From Nitrospinaceae bacterium UBA7883 (lineage in GTDB: Bacteria > Nitrospinota_A > UBA7883), in the NCBI GenBank assembly GCA_002500605.1, contig DLRR01000012.1:137265-201264 (forward strand): a DNA stretch of 64,000 nt, read 5' to 3'. Made by a program: the position numbers and the translations under genes. A model generated the notes under the pieces. That model ran no database searches. It worked only from the letters and a program-made list of their open reading frames with translations, and was not told the DNA's origin. Position 1 is the first letter of the stretch; each line of letters starts with the position of its first letter. This document shows, in pieces, positions 1 to 11,065 of this stretch.

Positions 1-29
1 TTATACGGTGTGGCTATTTTCTGGCTTTA

Positions 30-1436
30 TTAGTTGTTAACAAGTTTATGAATTGCATCAGCCAAGGCTTCTTCGCCGTCTGGAATAACAAGGCTTCTAA
101 TATTAAGGCGGAACAGGTCATTCTCCACCCTGCCTATAATTGCAGGGTTACCACCTCTAAACCATTTAGCGAGTTCGTTAGGTGATTTTTCCCCGTGTGA
201 TATAGCCACACTCACGGACGGAATATCTATCTCTGGCAAAGCACCACTTCCTGCCATTGAAGTATCATCAATAATAGACACTTTAACATTCTTTATATTT
301 AAAGAGATCATATTGCTTACACGTTCTGCAATTTCGGTTAGCTCCTCAACACTCCTAGCAAGTTGCGTAAGCGTTGGTATCTCAGACCAAGCTTTATCTG
401 GGTCAAGATAGACACGAAGCACTGCTTGTAAGGCAGCTAAAGTCATCTTGTCACACCGCAATGCTCTCCTCATATGATTTTCTTTTACCTGTTGCACAAG
501 GTCGTAACGGCCCGCGATTATTCCTGCCTGTGGCCCGCCAAGCAATTTGTCGCAGGAAAAAGTAACTAAGTCTGCCCCTTCTTTCAAAATTTTTGTAACT
601 GTCTTTTCATGAGGCAACCCACATTTTTCCAAGTCTAAAAGCGCACCTGAACCTAGATCAACCATTACGGGAATCTTGCTTTCCTTACTCAATTTAGCTA
701 ATTCACTCACTTCCAGCCCAGTTGTGTAACCAATTATTCTGTAATTTGATGTATGGGCTTGCAATATCAAGGCAGTTTTTTCACTAATGGCCGACTGGAA
801 ATCTTTGTAGTGTGTTCTGTTAGTAGTCCCCACCTCCCTTAAAATACATCCACTCTTGGCCATGATCTCAGGCAAACGGAATGACCCACCAATTTCTATT
901 AGCTCCCCACGTGAGACAATTGTTTCGCATCCTTCAGAAAGGGAGTTAAGACAAAGTAATACAGCAGCCGCATTATTATTTACAATTGTTGCAGCTTCAG
1001 CACCTGTCAATAGTTTTAGCAGCTCCTCCACCAAGTCATCTCGGTCACCACGAATCCCTGTTTGTAAGTTATATTCTAGGTTAATATTTGATTGAGCCGC
1101 CATTGCTGCTGCATTAGCAGCAGCTTTTGGAATCAACGCCCTGCCTAGGTTGGTATGGGAAACTACACCAGATAGGTTTATAACTTTTCTCAGGCTTCCA
1201 TTGGCAATTTTAACAACAGTGGTTTCAACTAAGTTCGTCCATTCATCTAGCTTGCGTCTTTCAACATTGTTAGGGTTGATTCCATTTTGAATCAACCCTC
1301 TGGCTTCAGCTAAAACACTTCTAGTTACATGGGTCACAAGTGTGCGGCCAAACACTTCTATTAGTTCCGCCATGTGGTCAAGTCTTAGAAGAGTGTCAAC
1401 AGCAGGTAGGTTTCTTAATAGTTTTTTGTTGTCCAC
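30..1436 (-). CDS. selA: L-seryl-tRNA(Sec) selenium transferase (selenocysteine synthase)
   Basis: Motifs VINLSGVVSHTNLGRA, NNNAAA, VSRGELIEIGGSFRLP, EVGTTNRTH and PLP lysine FSCDKLLGGPQAG; GTG start. Confidence 0.96.
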   Translation of the reverse strand: MDNKKLLRNLPAVDTLLRLDHMAELIEVFGRTLVTHVTRSVLAEARGLIQNGINPNNVERRKLDEWTNLVETTVVKIANGSLRKVINLSGVVSHTNLGRALIPKAAANAAAMAAQSNINLEYNLQTGIRGDRDDLVEELLKLLTGAEAATIVNNNAAAVLLCLNSLSEGCETIVSRGELIEIGGSFRLPEIMAKSGCILREVGTTNRTHYKDFQSAISEKTALILQAHTSNYRIIGYTTGLEVSELAKLSKESKIPVMVDLGSGALLDLEKCGLPHEKTVTKILKEGADLVTFSCDKLLGGPQAGIIAGRYDLVQQVKENHMRRALRCDKMTLAALQAVLRVYLDPDKAWSEIPTLTQLARSVEELTEIAERVSNMISLNIKNVKVSIIDDTSMAGSGALPEIDIPSVSVAISHGEKSPNELAKWFRGGNPAIIGRVENDLFRLNIRSLVIPDGEEALADAIHKLVNN

Positions 1437-1628
1437 TTGGTTAATACCTATTAGCTTACATTCTTGATATTATAAACTGTTGAATGCTGACAAGGGTATA
1501 TAAACAACTGGGGTTTATTCAATGACCGTAATCAGCATGATAGTGTTACTATGCAAAAGCGCAAGATGCTCACATATTATGCAGTTGAATGACACATCAT
1601 TGTTCTAGCAAAAAAGGAGCTCGCTGCA

Positions 1629-4157
1629 TTACACCTTGCTGCCAGTGTCGGAAATTGAAAGAATAGATTTTGTTTTTACAATTCGTCTATAGAGGTCTGC
1701 ACCTTCTGCGAATAAAGCCTTTAATAAAACATCGGGTTTAACATAACCTCCATTGCCAGCTGATGTTGTGTAAAGAATATCATTTGTATTAGATACTTTT
1801 TCAAGTTGACTAACCATTTGCCTTATATCGATTATTATACCCTTATGATTGGTTATTGGGCAGCTTCCCTTGGACACAAAGTTTGTTACGGCTCTTTCTA
1901 CCTCTTGAGGGCTTATAGCTTCTTTCAATTGGACTCTAATGCTATAACCCACGATCAGTGAAGAAATGGATTTATCGGAAATCCTTATCTGTCTCGCGTC
2001 AACAAACCTAATATCCAATGGTAAACATGAGTTTAGCCTGTTGCTCACATCCCATGGCTCATAATATTTAAAAAGCTCAATATCAAGCATTTCATCATAA
2101 CTTTCCATGCCTACTGAAAGCCCTGGTCCAAATGAAACCTTAGGTGAGGGTGAAAATCCCTCCGAGTGAGCCACAGGAAGATTAGCTATTCGGCATGCCC
2201 TGAATATCAGGTTCATTTTTTCAAGATGGCTTAAAAACTTGGCAGATTCTTTTATGTGGTAAGTGAGTCTATACTTATATCGACCTTCAACATTTGCCGG
2301 CTTTGGCTTACCTACTTTGGCTACAGAAGTGTCGTATACGGAAAAACAGAGTTTTGGATCCAATCCACAACCTTCGCAATCGTCAGTTTTACAATCGACA
2401 GATATGAACCCTTTTTTTGCCATTTTCCATTCTTTAAGAAAATATTTTTGAGTCAGGCCTGTATCCAAGTGATCCCAAGGAAGTGTGTCCTTTTCTTTAA
2501 ACTCTCTGTTTGCATACCATTCTGTATTAAGTCCAGTTTCATCAAACGATTTCCCCCATGTCTCAAAGTTAAAATTTTCCGTCCAAGAATCTAGTTTCTG
2601 TCCATTTTCCATTGCTTTCTCAATAACATCTGCCAACCGCCTATCACCTCTACTAAACACTGCCTCTATGTGACTCATCCCTGCATCGTGCCATTTTAAT
2701 CGAATTCTTTTAGACCTTTTAACAAGCTCAAACAACATTTCTTTCTTATTCCACAGGTTTTTCATGGTTTCTTGACCGGTCCATTGAAATGCAGTATGGG
2801 CTTTTGGAACAAAGTTTGAAATACTGACATTAATATTATTAAATTTTGCACCATCTTCGTTGAGCCTATCAAGTTTCTTCGCTAGGTCGTATATGCCTTG
2901 AATGTCCTCTGAGGTCTCCGTTGGTAAACCAATCATAAAGTAGAGTTTCAGTTTTCTCCATCCTGCTCTTAATAATCTACGAGCTGCTAAAACAACATCC
3001 TCCTCTGTAACTTTCTTGTTAAGCACATTGCGTAGCCTCTGAGTGCCGGCTTCAGCAGTTATGGTAAAACCAGTTTTTTTAACACGCTTAATTTGAGCTA
3101 TCACCGGTTCGGTAACGGTAGCTGGACGCATCGAGGGCAATGAAACTGAAATTTGGCTATCAGCATAACAATCCATTAAGCCTTTTAATAACTGTTCTAT
3201 GCCCGAGTAATCACCAGCGGAAAGAGAAAGTAGTGAAACATCACCATACCCAGTATTCTTTAGAGTCTTGTCAAATATTTTCAAAACTTCTTGAGGTGAG
3301 CGTTCTCGGTTTGGTCTATATGACGTTCCTGCCTGGCAAAATCGGCATCCTTGGGTACATCCCCTATCGATCTCCACATTAAGCCTATCGTGAGCAGGTG
3401 ATCCAAATGGAACAATAATATTTTCTGGAAAAGGTGACAAAGAAAGATTTTCTATAAAAACACGCTTTGGTGTTTTTGCCATTGGCATTGGCCTCACTTC
3501 GGATATTTTTCCATCATCGCAATAGTGCACATCCCAAAACGAGGGTATGTACATCCCTGGAACTTGCTGTAGCTTTTCCAAAGTATCGTTCTTATCCTCT
3601 TTTCCACGATCAGCTGCCAAGTGTACTATTTCCGTTACCGCATTTTCACCATCACCTAAAAAGAAAGCATCAAAAAAAGGAGCCAATGGTTCCGGGTTGT
3701 AAACCCCGGCTCCACCGCCAACTATCAATGGGTGCGACTCATCCCTGTCGGATGACCTCAATGGGATCCCAGCAAGGCTTAACATCCATAATATAGTTGT
3801 ATACGATAGTTCATACGGAATTGTGAACCCTATGACATCAAATTTTGACAATGGTTTTTTAGATTCAAGGGAAGTTAGTGGCAACTTGTTTCGCTTTAGC
3901 TCGTTGGCCATGTCTTGACCAGGTGCAAAACATCGCTCAGCCCATAGTTCCTCACACGAGTTTACAAAACTGTATAGCAACTTAAGCCCTAAATGGCTCA
4001 TACCTATGTCATAAAGATCTGGGTACACTAGAGCAATAGTCCCTTTCACTGTGGAAAGATCTTTGTGAACTGAGTTCGGCTCTAGGCCAAGATATGACGA
4101 AGGTTTCCTGACTCTCTTGAGAAGCTCCCCGACCTCGTCAACTAGAAATTCAGACAA
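1629..4157 (-). CDS. B12-binding-type radical SAM protein (TIGR03960-like) fused to a C-terminal DUF2344/TIGR03936-like domain
   Basis: YPDLYDIGMSHLG, CxxxCxxC (CTQGCRFC), LYFMIGLPTET, LPWDHL, extra CxxxxCxxCG; C-terminal FLSHLE...HSEGFSPSPKVSFG; TTG start overlaps rodA end. Confidence 0.88.
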   Translation of the reverse strand: MSEFLVDEVGELLKRVRKPSSYLGLEPNSVHKDLSTVKGTIALVYPDLYDIGMSHLGLKLLYSFVNSCEELWAERCFAPGQDMANELKRNKLPLTSLESKKPLSKFDVIGFTIPYELSYTTILWMLSLAGIPLRSSDRDESHPLIVGGGAGVYNPEPLAPFFDAFFLGDGENAVTEIVHLAADRGKEDKNDTLEKLQQVPGMYIPSFWDVHYCDDGKISEVRPMPMAKTPKRVFIENLSLSPFPENIIVPFGSPAHDRLNVEIDRGCTQGCRFCQAGTSYRPNRERSPQEVLKIFDKTLKNTGYGDVSLLSLSAGDYSGIEQLLKGLMDCYADSQISVSLPSMRPATVTEPVIAQIKRVKKTGFTITAEAGTQRLRNVLNKKVTEEDVVLAARRLLRAGWRKLKLYFMIGLPTETSEDIQGIYDLAKKLDRLNEDGAKFNNINVSISNFVPKAHTAFQWTGQETMKNLWNKKEMLFELVKRSKRIRLKWHDAGMSHIEAVFSRGDRRLADVIEKAMENGQKLDSWTENFNFETWGKSFDETGLNTEWYANREFKEKDTLPWDHLDTGLTQKYFLKEWKMAKKGFISVDCKTDDCEGCGLDPKLCFSVYDTSVAKVGKPKPANVEGRYKYRLTYHIKESAKFLSHLEKMNLIFRACRIANLPVAHSEGFSPSPKVSFGPGLSVGMESYDEMLDIELFKYYEPWDVSNRLNSCLPLDIRFVDARQIRISDKSISSLIVGYSIRVQLKEAISPQEVERAVTNFVSKGSCPITNHKGIIIDIRQMVSQLEKVSNTNDILYTTSAGNGGYVKPDVLLKALFAEGADLYRRIVKTKSILSISDTGSKV

Positions 4158-5253
4158 GTCTTTTTCTTCCTATACTCACATTAATGGCAAGCCCAATGCA
4201 TATGAAGTTGGTAATTAATGCCGACCCTCCGTATGACATAAATGGCAGAGGAATACCTACAATTGGAAGGAGACCCAATGCCATCCCTATGTTATAGACA
4301 AAATTAAATATAATCATGGCCCCAAGACCAACAACAACTAAGCAAGCAAACTTATCCTCCGAATACTTGATTATGTTCTGGAAACGCAAAGCCATTGAGC
4401 AAAAGAGAGATATAAGTACAATAGCCCCTATAAAGCCAACTTCTTCGGCATAAACCGAAAAAATAAAATCTGTGTGTTTGGCTGGTAAAAAGTTAAGTTT
4501 ACTTTGCGTCCCTTCAAAAATTCCCTTCCCCCACATTCCCCCTGAACCAATGGCTATCTTCGATTGAATTATATGGTAGCCACGGCCCATAGGATCTTCC
4601 TCAGGGTTAAGTAAGCCTATTATTCTGTCTTTTTGGTAAGGCTTGAGTAAAAACCATGTTAGTGGTGTGACTGCTAATAAAAAAATAGACAAAAATGACA
4701 TCAGCTTGGTCTGTACTCTTACAAAACCGACTAACCCTATAAAAATCACAACGTAGATTATCGCAGTCCCAAGGTCAGGTTGTTGAGCAACTAAAAAAAA
4801 TGGTACAACCAAAAAACCAATCGGTCTTATTAGATCAAAGGCATTAATCGGATCTCGTTTCTTAATATCATTAAATACACGGGCTAGTATGATAACTAGT
4901 ATCACCTTCATAATTTCAGATGGCTGAAAATCAATCCAACCTAGGGAAAGCCATCTCTGTGATCCACCACCCACTTTGCCAATGAAAGTTACCAAAATCA
5001 AAAGTCCAACACCAAGTATGTATAGAGGGAAAGCCATACGCTCTATAAAAGCGTAATCGATTGTTGCTGCGAAACTCATAGCAACTATGGATATTAAGAT
5101 CCAGTAAACCTGTTTTATGTAAAGCTCTCTAACAAAAATCAAATCGCTTTGCATGTTAGCGCTATAGATTGCAACCACACCAATCATACTAAGGGTTAAT
5201 GTCAATCCTAGTAGCGTGCGGTCGAACCTTTTCCAATGCCTGTTTGTCAACAT
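4150..5253 (-). CDS. rodA: Rod shape-determining protein RodA (SEDS glycosyltransferase)
   Basis: Multi-TM; GSQRW, FQPSEIMK, QPDLGTA, QSKIAIGSGG, HTDFIFS, PLPFMSYGGS; follows PBP2. Confidence 0.96.
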   Translation of the reverse strand: MLTNRHWKRFDRTLLGLTLTLSMIGVVAIYSANMQSDLIFVRELYIKQVYWILISIVAMSFAATIDYAFIERMAFPLYILGVGLLILVTFIGKVGGGSQRWLSLGWIDFQPSEIMKVILVIILARVFNDIKKRDPINAFDLIRPIGFLVVPFFLVAQQPDLGTAIIYVVIFIGLVGFVRVQTKLMSFLSIFLLAVTPLTWFLLKPYQKDRIIGLLNPEEDPMGRGYHIIQSKIAIGSGGMWGKGIFEGTQSKLNFLPAKHTDFIFSVYAEEVGFIGAIVLISLFCSMALRFQNIIKYSEDKFACLVVVGLGAMIIFNFVYNIGMALGLLPIVGIPLPFMSYGGSALITNFICIGLAINVSIGRKRLV

Positions 5254-5304
5254 TTCAGCATTTTATAAGAGCTTAATTTAGTTATTGAATAAGGTGTTTG
5301 GTTG

Positions 5305-7191
5305 CTAGTTATTTGCCGTATCGTCGACCAGTCTAATTGTATTGCTACGGTTTTTCGAACCCGCGGAACGCTGGATTACTGTGTAGGGTGAGTTAAGATA
5401 AGCATCCATAACTTTTTTAGCTATAGGTGCTGCAACTGTGCCTCCATGGCCTGCATGCTCCACAACAACGGCTACAGAAATCTCAGAATTCTCAATTGGA
5501 CCATAACCCACAAACCACGCATGATCACGATATTTATACTTTATGTCTTCAATGTTTTCTGGCTCAATATCTTTTCTTCTTACTACTTGAGCTGTTCCTG
5601 TTTTTCCAGCGTAACCAAAAGACCCTTTATTGATTCTCCAAGCCGTTCCACGGGGGGCTTCAACAACCCCACGAAGTGACTCGGAAATAAATTGCATGCT
5701 TTCTTTTGAGAATGGAAGTAATGAATTATGTTCTCTTTCCCCTTTTTCGTTATTCAGATCAACGTCCTTTATTATTATTTTTGGTTCGACCATCTTTCCA
5801 CCGTTCGCCACAGCGGCAACCATTCTCACCTGCTGAATTGGGGTAACAAGATTGTAACCTTGCCCTATTGAATTCACCACAGTCTCACCAAGCACCCACG
5901 GTTTTTTGCGAACCTTCTCCTTCCATTCGATTGTGGGAACCAATCCTTTGCGCTCTGTCCCAACCTTAAAGTTAGATGAACTTCCGAAGCCAACCATTCG
6001 AGCATACTTAGCTATCCTATCTACCCCAAGTTTTAGCCCAAGTGTATAAAAATAAACATCGCACGATTGTATAAGTGCACTTTTCATATCCATTGAACCG
6101 TGCCCAACTTCCTTCCAGCATCTAAAGGTCTTTCTACCTAATTTAAAATATCCAGGACAGTTAACCAAAGTATTCTTATCAAAAACACCCTCTTCAAGCC
6201 CTGCAATAGCAGTCACAATTTTATGCGTGGATCCAGGTGGGTACTGGCCCTGTGTAACCCTATTTTGCAAAGGGTGAAAACCACTCTTTAAAAGCCTTGA
6301 CCAATTTTTTGCAGATATGCCATTCGAAAAAATATTTGGATCAAACGATGGACTACTCGCAAAAGCTAATACATCTCCATTATTTGGATCCATAGCAACT
6401 ATTGCACCTGCTTTACCTTTTAATGACTCTTCAGCCATCTTTTGTGTTTCGTAATCAATGGTAAGTTGAATATTTGTGCCTCCGATAGGGCTAATACGCT
6501 TTAATACTTTAATGACCCTACCAGCCGCATCAACTTCTAGTACTCTAAGTCCCTTTCTCCCTTTGAGCGATTTTTCAAAAGCTCTTTCAACACCTGTTTG
6601 GCCTACAAAGTCATTCCTTGAATGTTGTTTTTTAATGACTCTAGCAAGTTGTTTAGCCGTTATAGGGCCTAAATAACCCAATAAATGTGAGGCAAAGTTT
6701 CCATAATTGTAATTTCTTGTTGATACTATCTGTAAGGAAACACCAGGAAGTTCTAGGCGATTCTCTTCAACAAATGCCACTTCGTCTCTACTTATGTCAC
6801 TTTTAATTACAACTTTTTTAAATGTAGCCACGTTTTTAATACTCTTCAGGACATCGTTCATATTAAATTCAACCGACTTTTGCAGAAATTCAAGAGTATT
6901 TTTAGGCTCGTTCATATCTTCTGGAATCATCGAAAGCTCAAATGCAGGTCTATTGGTAACAAGAACAAGGCCGTTTCTGTCAAGGATTAACCCACGATGT
7001 CCATCCAAATAAACTTCACGCAGCCTGTTGTTTTCGGCTCTACTTAACAAATAGCTGTGTTCGATTATTTGCAAATACCAAATTCGCAATAACAAAACCA
7101 TCATGATGATGCCTAACAAGGCAGAAAAGTAGGCAATATTGGCTGTCCGTTTGGCAATAAACTGTTCCCACTTGGTTTTTGGACTAGGCAT
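5305..7191 (-). CDS. mrdA: Penicillin-binding protein 2
   Basis: N-terminal TM, RGLILDRNG, SxxK (PGSTHK), SCD, KTGTAQ, RDHAWF. Confidence 0.95.
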   Translation of the reverse strand: MPSPKTKWEQFIAKRTANIAYFSALLGIIMMVLLLRIWYLQIIEHSYLLSRAENNRLREVYLDGHRGLILDRNGLVLVTNRPAFELSMIPEDMNEPKNTLEFLQKSVEFNMNDVLKSIKNVATFKKVVIKSDISRDEVAFVEENRLELPGVSLQIVSTRNYNYGNFASHLLGYLGPITAKQLARVIKKQHSRNDFVGQTGVERAFEKSLKGRKGLRVLEVDAAGRVIKVLKRISPIGGTNIQLTIDYETQKMAEESLKGKAGAIVAMDPNNGDVLAFASSPSFDPNIFSNGISAKNWSRLLKSGFHPLQNRVTQGQYPPGSTHKIVTAIAGLEEGVFDKNTLVNCPGYFKLGRKTFRCWKEVGHGSMDMKSALIQSCDVYFYTLGLKLGVDRIAKYARMVGFGSSSNFKVGTERKGLVPTIEWKEKVRKKPWVLGETVVNSIGQGYNLVTPIQQVRMVAAVANGGKMVEPKIIIKDVDLNNEKGEREHNSLLPFSKESMQFISESLRGVVEAPRGTAWRINKGSFGYAGKTGTAQVVRRKDIEPENIEDIKYKYRDHAWFVGYGPIENSEISVAVVVEHAGHGGTVAAPIAKKVMDAYLNSPYTVIQRSAGSKNRSNTIRLVDDTANN

Positions 7192-7202
7192 AGGGCAGAT
7201 AC

Positions 7203-8588
7203 CTAAAAAGGATTGAGCCCTTCTAATGAAGGATAGGTTATTAACTTTTGATATACGATTTCTTTAAGTTCTTTTAATCGGTTTTCACTTTTGGCTTCAA
7301 ACCGCATAACCAAAACTGGTTGAGTATTTGATGCTCGTATCAACCCCCAACCACCATCGAAGTTAACCCTCGCACCATCAATAACAATAACATCGTAATC
7401 TTTCTTAAAATAAGCGCATATATCATTAACAACATCAAACTTATTTTCGTCAGGGCAGTCGACCCTTATTTCAGGAGTGTTGTATAACAATGGAGTGTCT
7501 GCAAGAAACTCTGAAACCTTCATATTGGTTTGTGACATAATACGCAAGAATCGTGCAGTAGCAAATATCGCATCATCAAACCCAAAAAACCCATCCTTGA
7601 AAAATATATGGGCACTCATCTCACCAGCCAGTTCTGCCCCCTCTTTGGAAAGCCTAGATTTAATGAGTGAATGACCAGTAGCGTTTAATACAGGACGACC
7701 TCCTTGTTTTAATATATCATCAACTAAGTTTTGTGAGCATTTTACGTCAAAAACTATGGCTGCTCCTGGTTTTCTTTTTAAAATTTCACGGGCAAAAATC
7801 ATTAATAATTGATCACCAAAAATAATTCCGCCCTTCTCATCAACTACACCTATTCTGTCGGCATCACCATCGTATGCAAATCCCACATCAGCACCAATCT
7901 CAATTACCCTCTCCTGTATATCCTTAAGGTTAGATGGAACTGTTGGATCAGGATGATGGTTAGGAAAACTTCCATCTACTTCGCAATAAAGCTCATCAAC
8001 CTCACACCCTAGTTCTCGCATAAGTCTTGGGCCTAGAATACCACCACAACCATTACCGCAATCCAATACGATGCTCAATGATTTGGTAAGGTTAATCTTC
8101 TCCTTTACCATTACTATGTAGTCTTCAATAACGTCAGTTTCTGCAACAGATCCTTGCCCTTTCTCAAAGTCACCTTTTTCGATCATGTCCGCCATTTCTT
8201 GAATGGCTAAGCCATGGATGGAGTCCTTACCAAGGTTGAGCTTGAAGCCGTTAAATTCCGGTGGGTTATGCGACCCAGTTATCATCACACCTCCATCAAC
8301 TTTCAAATGATGCAGCGAATAGTAAAGCAGTGGGGTTGGCACAAGGCCTATTTGAACAACATTCACGCCAGTCGAGAGTATTCCAGATACAATAGAATCA
8401 CGCAATATCGGTGACGACTCTCTGGCGTCCTGACCAACAGTTACCGCCTTGCCCCCTACCCTTTTAACTACTGTCCCAAAAGCTTTGCCTATGTTATTAA
8501 CCACTTCCAAGGTCAAGTCCGTCTCAACTACACCGCGAATGTCGTATTCTCTGAAAATTACTCTGTCCATTTCATTTAACTCAATCAA
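7203..8588 (-). CDS. algC: Phosphomannomutase/phosphoglucomutase (AlgC-like)
   Basis: FREYDIRG, TGSHNP, DGDADR, GEMSAH, RASNTQP; true start may be ATG at 8570. Confidence 0.93.
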   Translation of the reverse strand: MIELNEMDRVIFREYDIRGVVETDLTLEVVNNIGKAFGTVVKRVGGKAVTVGQDARESSPILRDSIVSGILSTGVNVVQIGLVPTPLLYYSLHHLKVDGGVMITGSHNPPEFNGFKLNLGKDSIHGLAIQEMADMIEKGDFEKGQGSVAETDVIEDYIVMVKEKINLTKSLSIVLDCGNGCGGILGPRLMRELGCEVDELYCEVDGSFPNHHPDPTVPSNLKDIQERVIEIGADVGFAYDGDADRIGVVDEKGGIIFGDQLLMIFAREILKRKPGAAIVFDVKCSQNLVDDILKQGGRPVLNATGHSLIKSRLSKEGAELAGEMSAHIFFKDGFFGFDDAIFATARFLRIMSQTNMKVSEFLADTPLLYNTPEIRVDCPDENKFDVVNDICAYFKKDYDVIVIDGARVNFDGGWGLIRASNTQPVLVMRFEAKSENRLKELKEIVYQKLITYPSLEGLNPF

Positions 8589-8703
8589 TCAATAGTTATT
8601 ATTAAGTACAGTTGTCTCACAGCTTTTAATTTTTCATCAGATGCTATGATATTGGGGGTACTATACTACATCAATAAGCACTTTTTGGTTTAGCACTTGT
8701 TGG

Positions 8704-9678
8704 CTAATTACTTTGAACTGACCCAAAAAATTGTGCGATGTGCTTTTTAAGCGCTTCGGCATCCTCTATTTTGTTGGCCATCTCACGAAATTTGGAGGAA
8801 CCAGCAAATCCTTTGGAGTAATACCCAAGCCATGTCCGCATTTTTTTTACTGCGGCCTTTTCCGAGTAGTTTGCTACAAGCCCTTTAAAGTGAACTGTAA
8901 CCAAGTCCACTATATCAAATGGTGAGGGTTTGTAGGGCTCAACACCTTTTTGGAGATCATTAAAGCTTCTAAACAGCCACGGTGCGCTTAGGGCTCCACG
9001 GCCAAGCATAACCGCTGCACAACCAGACCAGTTTAATCGATCTACTGCCTCACTAGCAGTTCTTATATCACCGTTACCTATTATAGGAATTTGTACGGAT
9101 TTGGCCGCCTGCTTAATTATCGCCCAATCTGCGAGGCCAGAATAACCTTGCGACACAGTTCGTCCATGTATTGTTACACAAGCCACACCCACATCTTCAA
9201 GAGCGTGAACCATTTCAATAGCATTTATACTTTTTCTGTCCCAACCAATTCTAATCTTTACTGTAACTGGTTTTGATACAGAACTTACAACTGCTTTTGC
9301 CATAGCAACTGCCTTGTCAAAGTCTTTTAGAACAGCCGCACCTCCACCGGTTTTGGTAACCTTACTGACAGGACAGCCATAGTTGAGATCAATAATGTCA
9401 CATTCTCTACAATCTAAAAGTACAGCAGCATCTCGCATAACATTAATTTCACCTCCAAAAATCTGGGCAGCCGAAGGCCTAGGCTCATTATTGGTAGGAA
9501 GCATATTGTATGTTTTTTCAGAGTTGCGGATAATGGCATTTGCACTGAGCAGTTCAGAAGTAACCATTCCGGCTCCCTGCTTCATCGCAATAGTACGGAA
9601 TACTGAATCAGACATTCCAGCCATAGGTGCCAAAACTGCCCTTGAAGGGATACATACATTCCCAATGTAGAAAGACAC
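8704..9678 (-). CDS. dusB: tRNA-dihydrouridine synthase DusB
   Basis: LAPMAG, DLNYGCP, VTVKIRIGW, IHGRT, GNGDI, VMLGRG. Confidence 0.93.
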   Translation of the reverse strand: MSFYIGNVCIPSRAVLAPMAGMSDSVFRTIAMKQGAGMVTSELLSANAIIRNSEKTYNMLPTNNEPRPSAAQIFGGEINVMRDAAVLLDCRECDIIDLNYGCPVSKVTKTGGGAAVLKDFDKAVAMAKAVVSSVSKPVTVKIRIGWDRKSINAIEMVHALEDVGVACVTIHGRTVSQGYSGLADWAIIKQAAKSVQIPIIGNGDIRTASEAVDRLNWSGCAAVMLGRGALSAPWLFRSFNDLQKGVEPYKPSPFDIVDLVTVHFKGLVANYSEKAAVKKMRTWLGYYSKGFAGSSKFREMANKIEDAEALKKHIAQFFGSVQSN

Positions 9679-9697
9679 AAATACTCCGCTTATTTAC

Positions 9698-11065
9698 CTA
9701 TTTTATATAACCCCAACTTACAAGTCGATTGTAGGCATATTGTGATTGTTTGCTGTTTCTGTCAATCTGAAGATATCTGTAATACTCTTGGGCAGACCTC
9801 TGCTTTTTACCTTGACCCTCCAGTGAAATTCCTTTTAGAAAAACAGTATTCGGATTTCCAGGGAGCATCTCTTCATATTTGTCGAAATCGTAAAAAGCAG
9901 AAACGAATTGCCTGAGGTTAATCTTTGCCATGCCAGCCAGATGTACCGCCTGAGCCTCGCCGGGTTTTACTTTTTTTGCCTCTTCAGCATATCGCTTTGC
10001 ATGAATGTAGTTCTTTTGGGCAAAATGACACTTTGCCATCATTACAAGCCCAGCATAGTCTCTTGGAGCCTTATTAAGAGCAGTCAAAAAATGGCCTTCG
10101 GCGACCTTAAATTTTTTTAGCATCATTTGTTTTTCACCTGCTTGCATATTTTCAATAGCAATTTTGATTTTACGCAAGTTGGCCGTATAGTCTTTGTATC
10201 TTTCACGATTATTGGGGAACGCTTTAAATTTTGCATATTTGTCTATAACTCGCTTATTTGCAGTGTTATACCTCTCTAGGCTCATAGGATGGGTGGCAAA
10301 CATAGTTTTTATGGAACTGGGTTGATGCTTAAGCAGTTTTTGCAGCTCTTCCATAAGCCCGACCATGCCTTGAGGAGTATGTCCAGCTTTCACCATATAA
10401 TCCATTCCTAACTTATCTGCCTGTCGCTCGTCGTCGCGGCTGTATTTGGCTAGTAATAATCCAGCACCTAAGCCACCTAATCCGGTGGCAATTGAAGCTA
10501 CATTGCTATCTTGTGTGCCAACGTAGGTAGAAATACTAACAATAGCGAGCTGGGCCAAAACGCTTTTTGACATACGTGAAGCTGTATGACGTGCGTTGAC
10601 ATGACCCACCTCATGTCCAAGTAACCCTGCTAGCTCTGCCTCATTATCCAAATTGAGCATGATCCCTCTGGTAGTAGCAATACTACCACCAGGGAAAGCA
10701 TACGCATTAACATAAGTGGCGTTCACACAGCGAAATGAGTAAGGCATTTTTGGTCGATGACTAACAGATGCAATCTTTTTACCGACTTGGCCAATATACC
10801 AGTTCAACTCCGGGTCATCGGCTTCGCCGTAATCGGCAGAAAACTGATGAGGAGAGTTTTTTTGATCCAGGTTAACTTCTTCCTGCTCAGACATAAGCAT
10901 TACTTGAGACTCGCCAGTGACTGGGTTTGTGGCACAGCTAGTCAAACCAACACCAGCAACAACAGACGTAGTATACTGGAGAAAATTCCTCCTGTTCAAA
11001 TAAGGCTCGTTATAGCCATTACCAAGGTACTTTCCGTCTAAGTCAATCAAACCCTTAAGCAACAT
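9698..11065 (-). CDS. M48 family metalloprotease with C-terminal TPR repeats (BepA-like), probable Tat-exported lipoprotein
   Basis: NRRNFL twin-arginine motif, LTSC lipobox, CATNPVTG, NAYAFPGG, HEVGH zinc motif, YSRDDERQAD, ATHP. Confidence 0.88.
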   Translation of the reverse strand: MLLKGLIDLDGKYLGNGYNEPYLNRRNFLQYTTSVVAGVGLTSCATNPVTGESQVMLMSEQEEVNLDQKNSPHQFSADYGEADDPELNWYIGQVGKKIASVSHRPKMPYSFRCVNATYVNAYAFPGGSIATTRGIMLNLDNEAELAGLLGHEVGHVNARHTASRMSKSVLAQLAIVSISTYVGTQDSNVASIATGLGGLGAGLLLAKYSRDDERQADKLGMDYMVKAGHTPQGMVGLMEELQKLLKHQPSSIKTMFATHPMSLERYNTANKRVIDKYAKFKAFPNNRERYKDYTANLRKIKIAIENMQAGEKQMMLKKFKVAEGHFLTALNKAPRDYAGLVMMAKCHFAQKNYIHAKRYAEEAKKVKPGEAQAVHLAGMAKINLRQFVSAFYDFDKYEEMLPGNPNTVFLKGISLEGQGKKQRSAQEYYRYLQIDRNSKQSQYAYNRLVSWGYIK

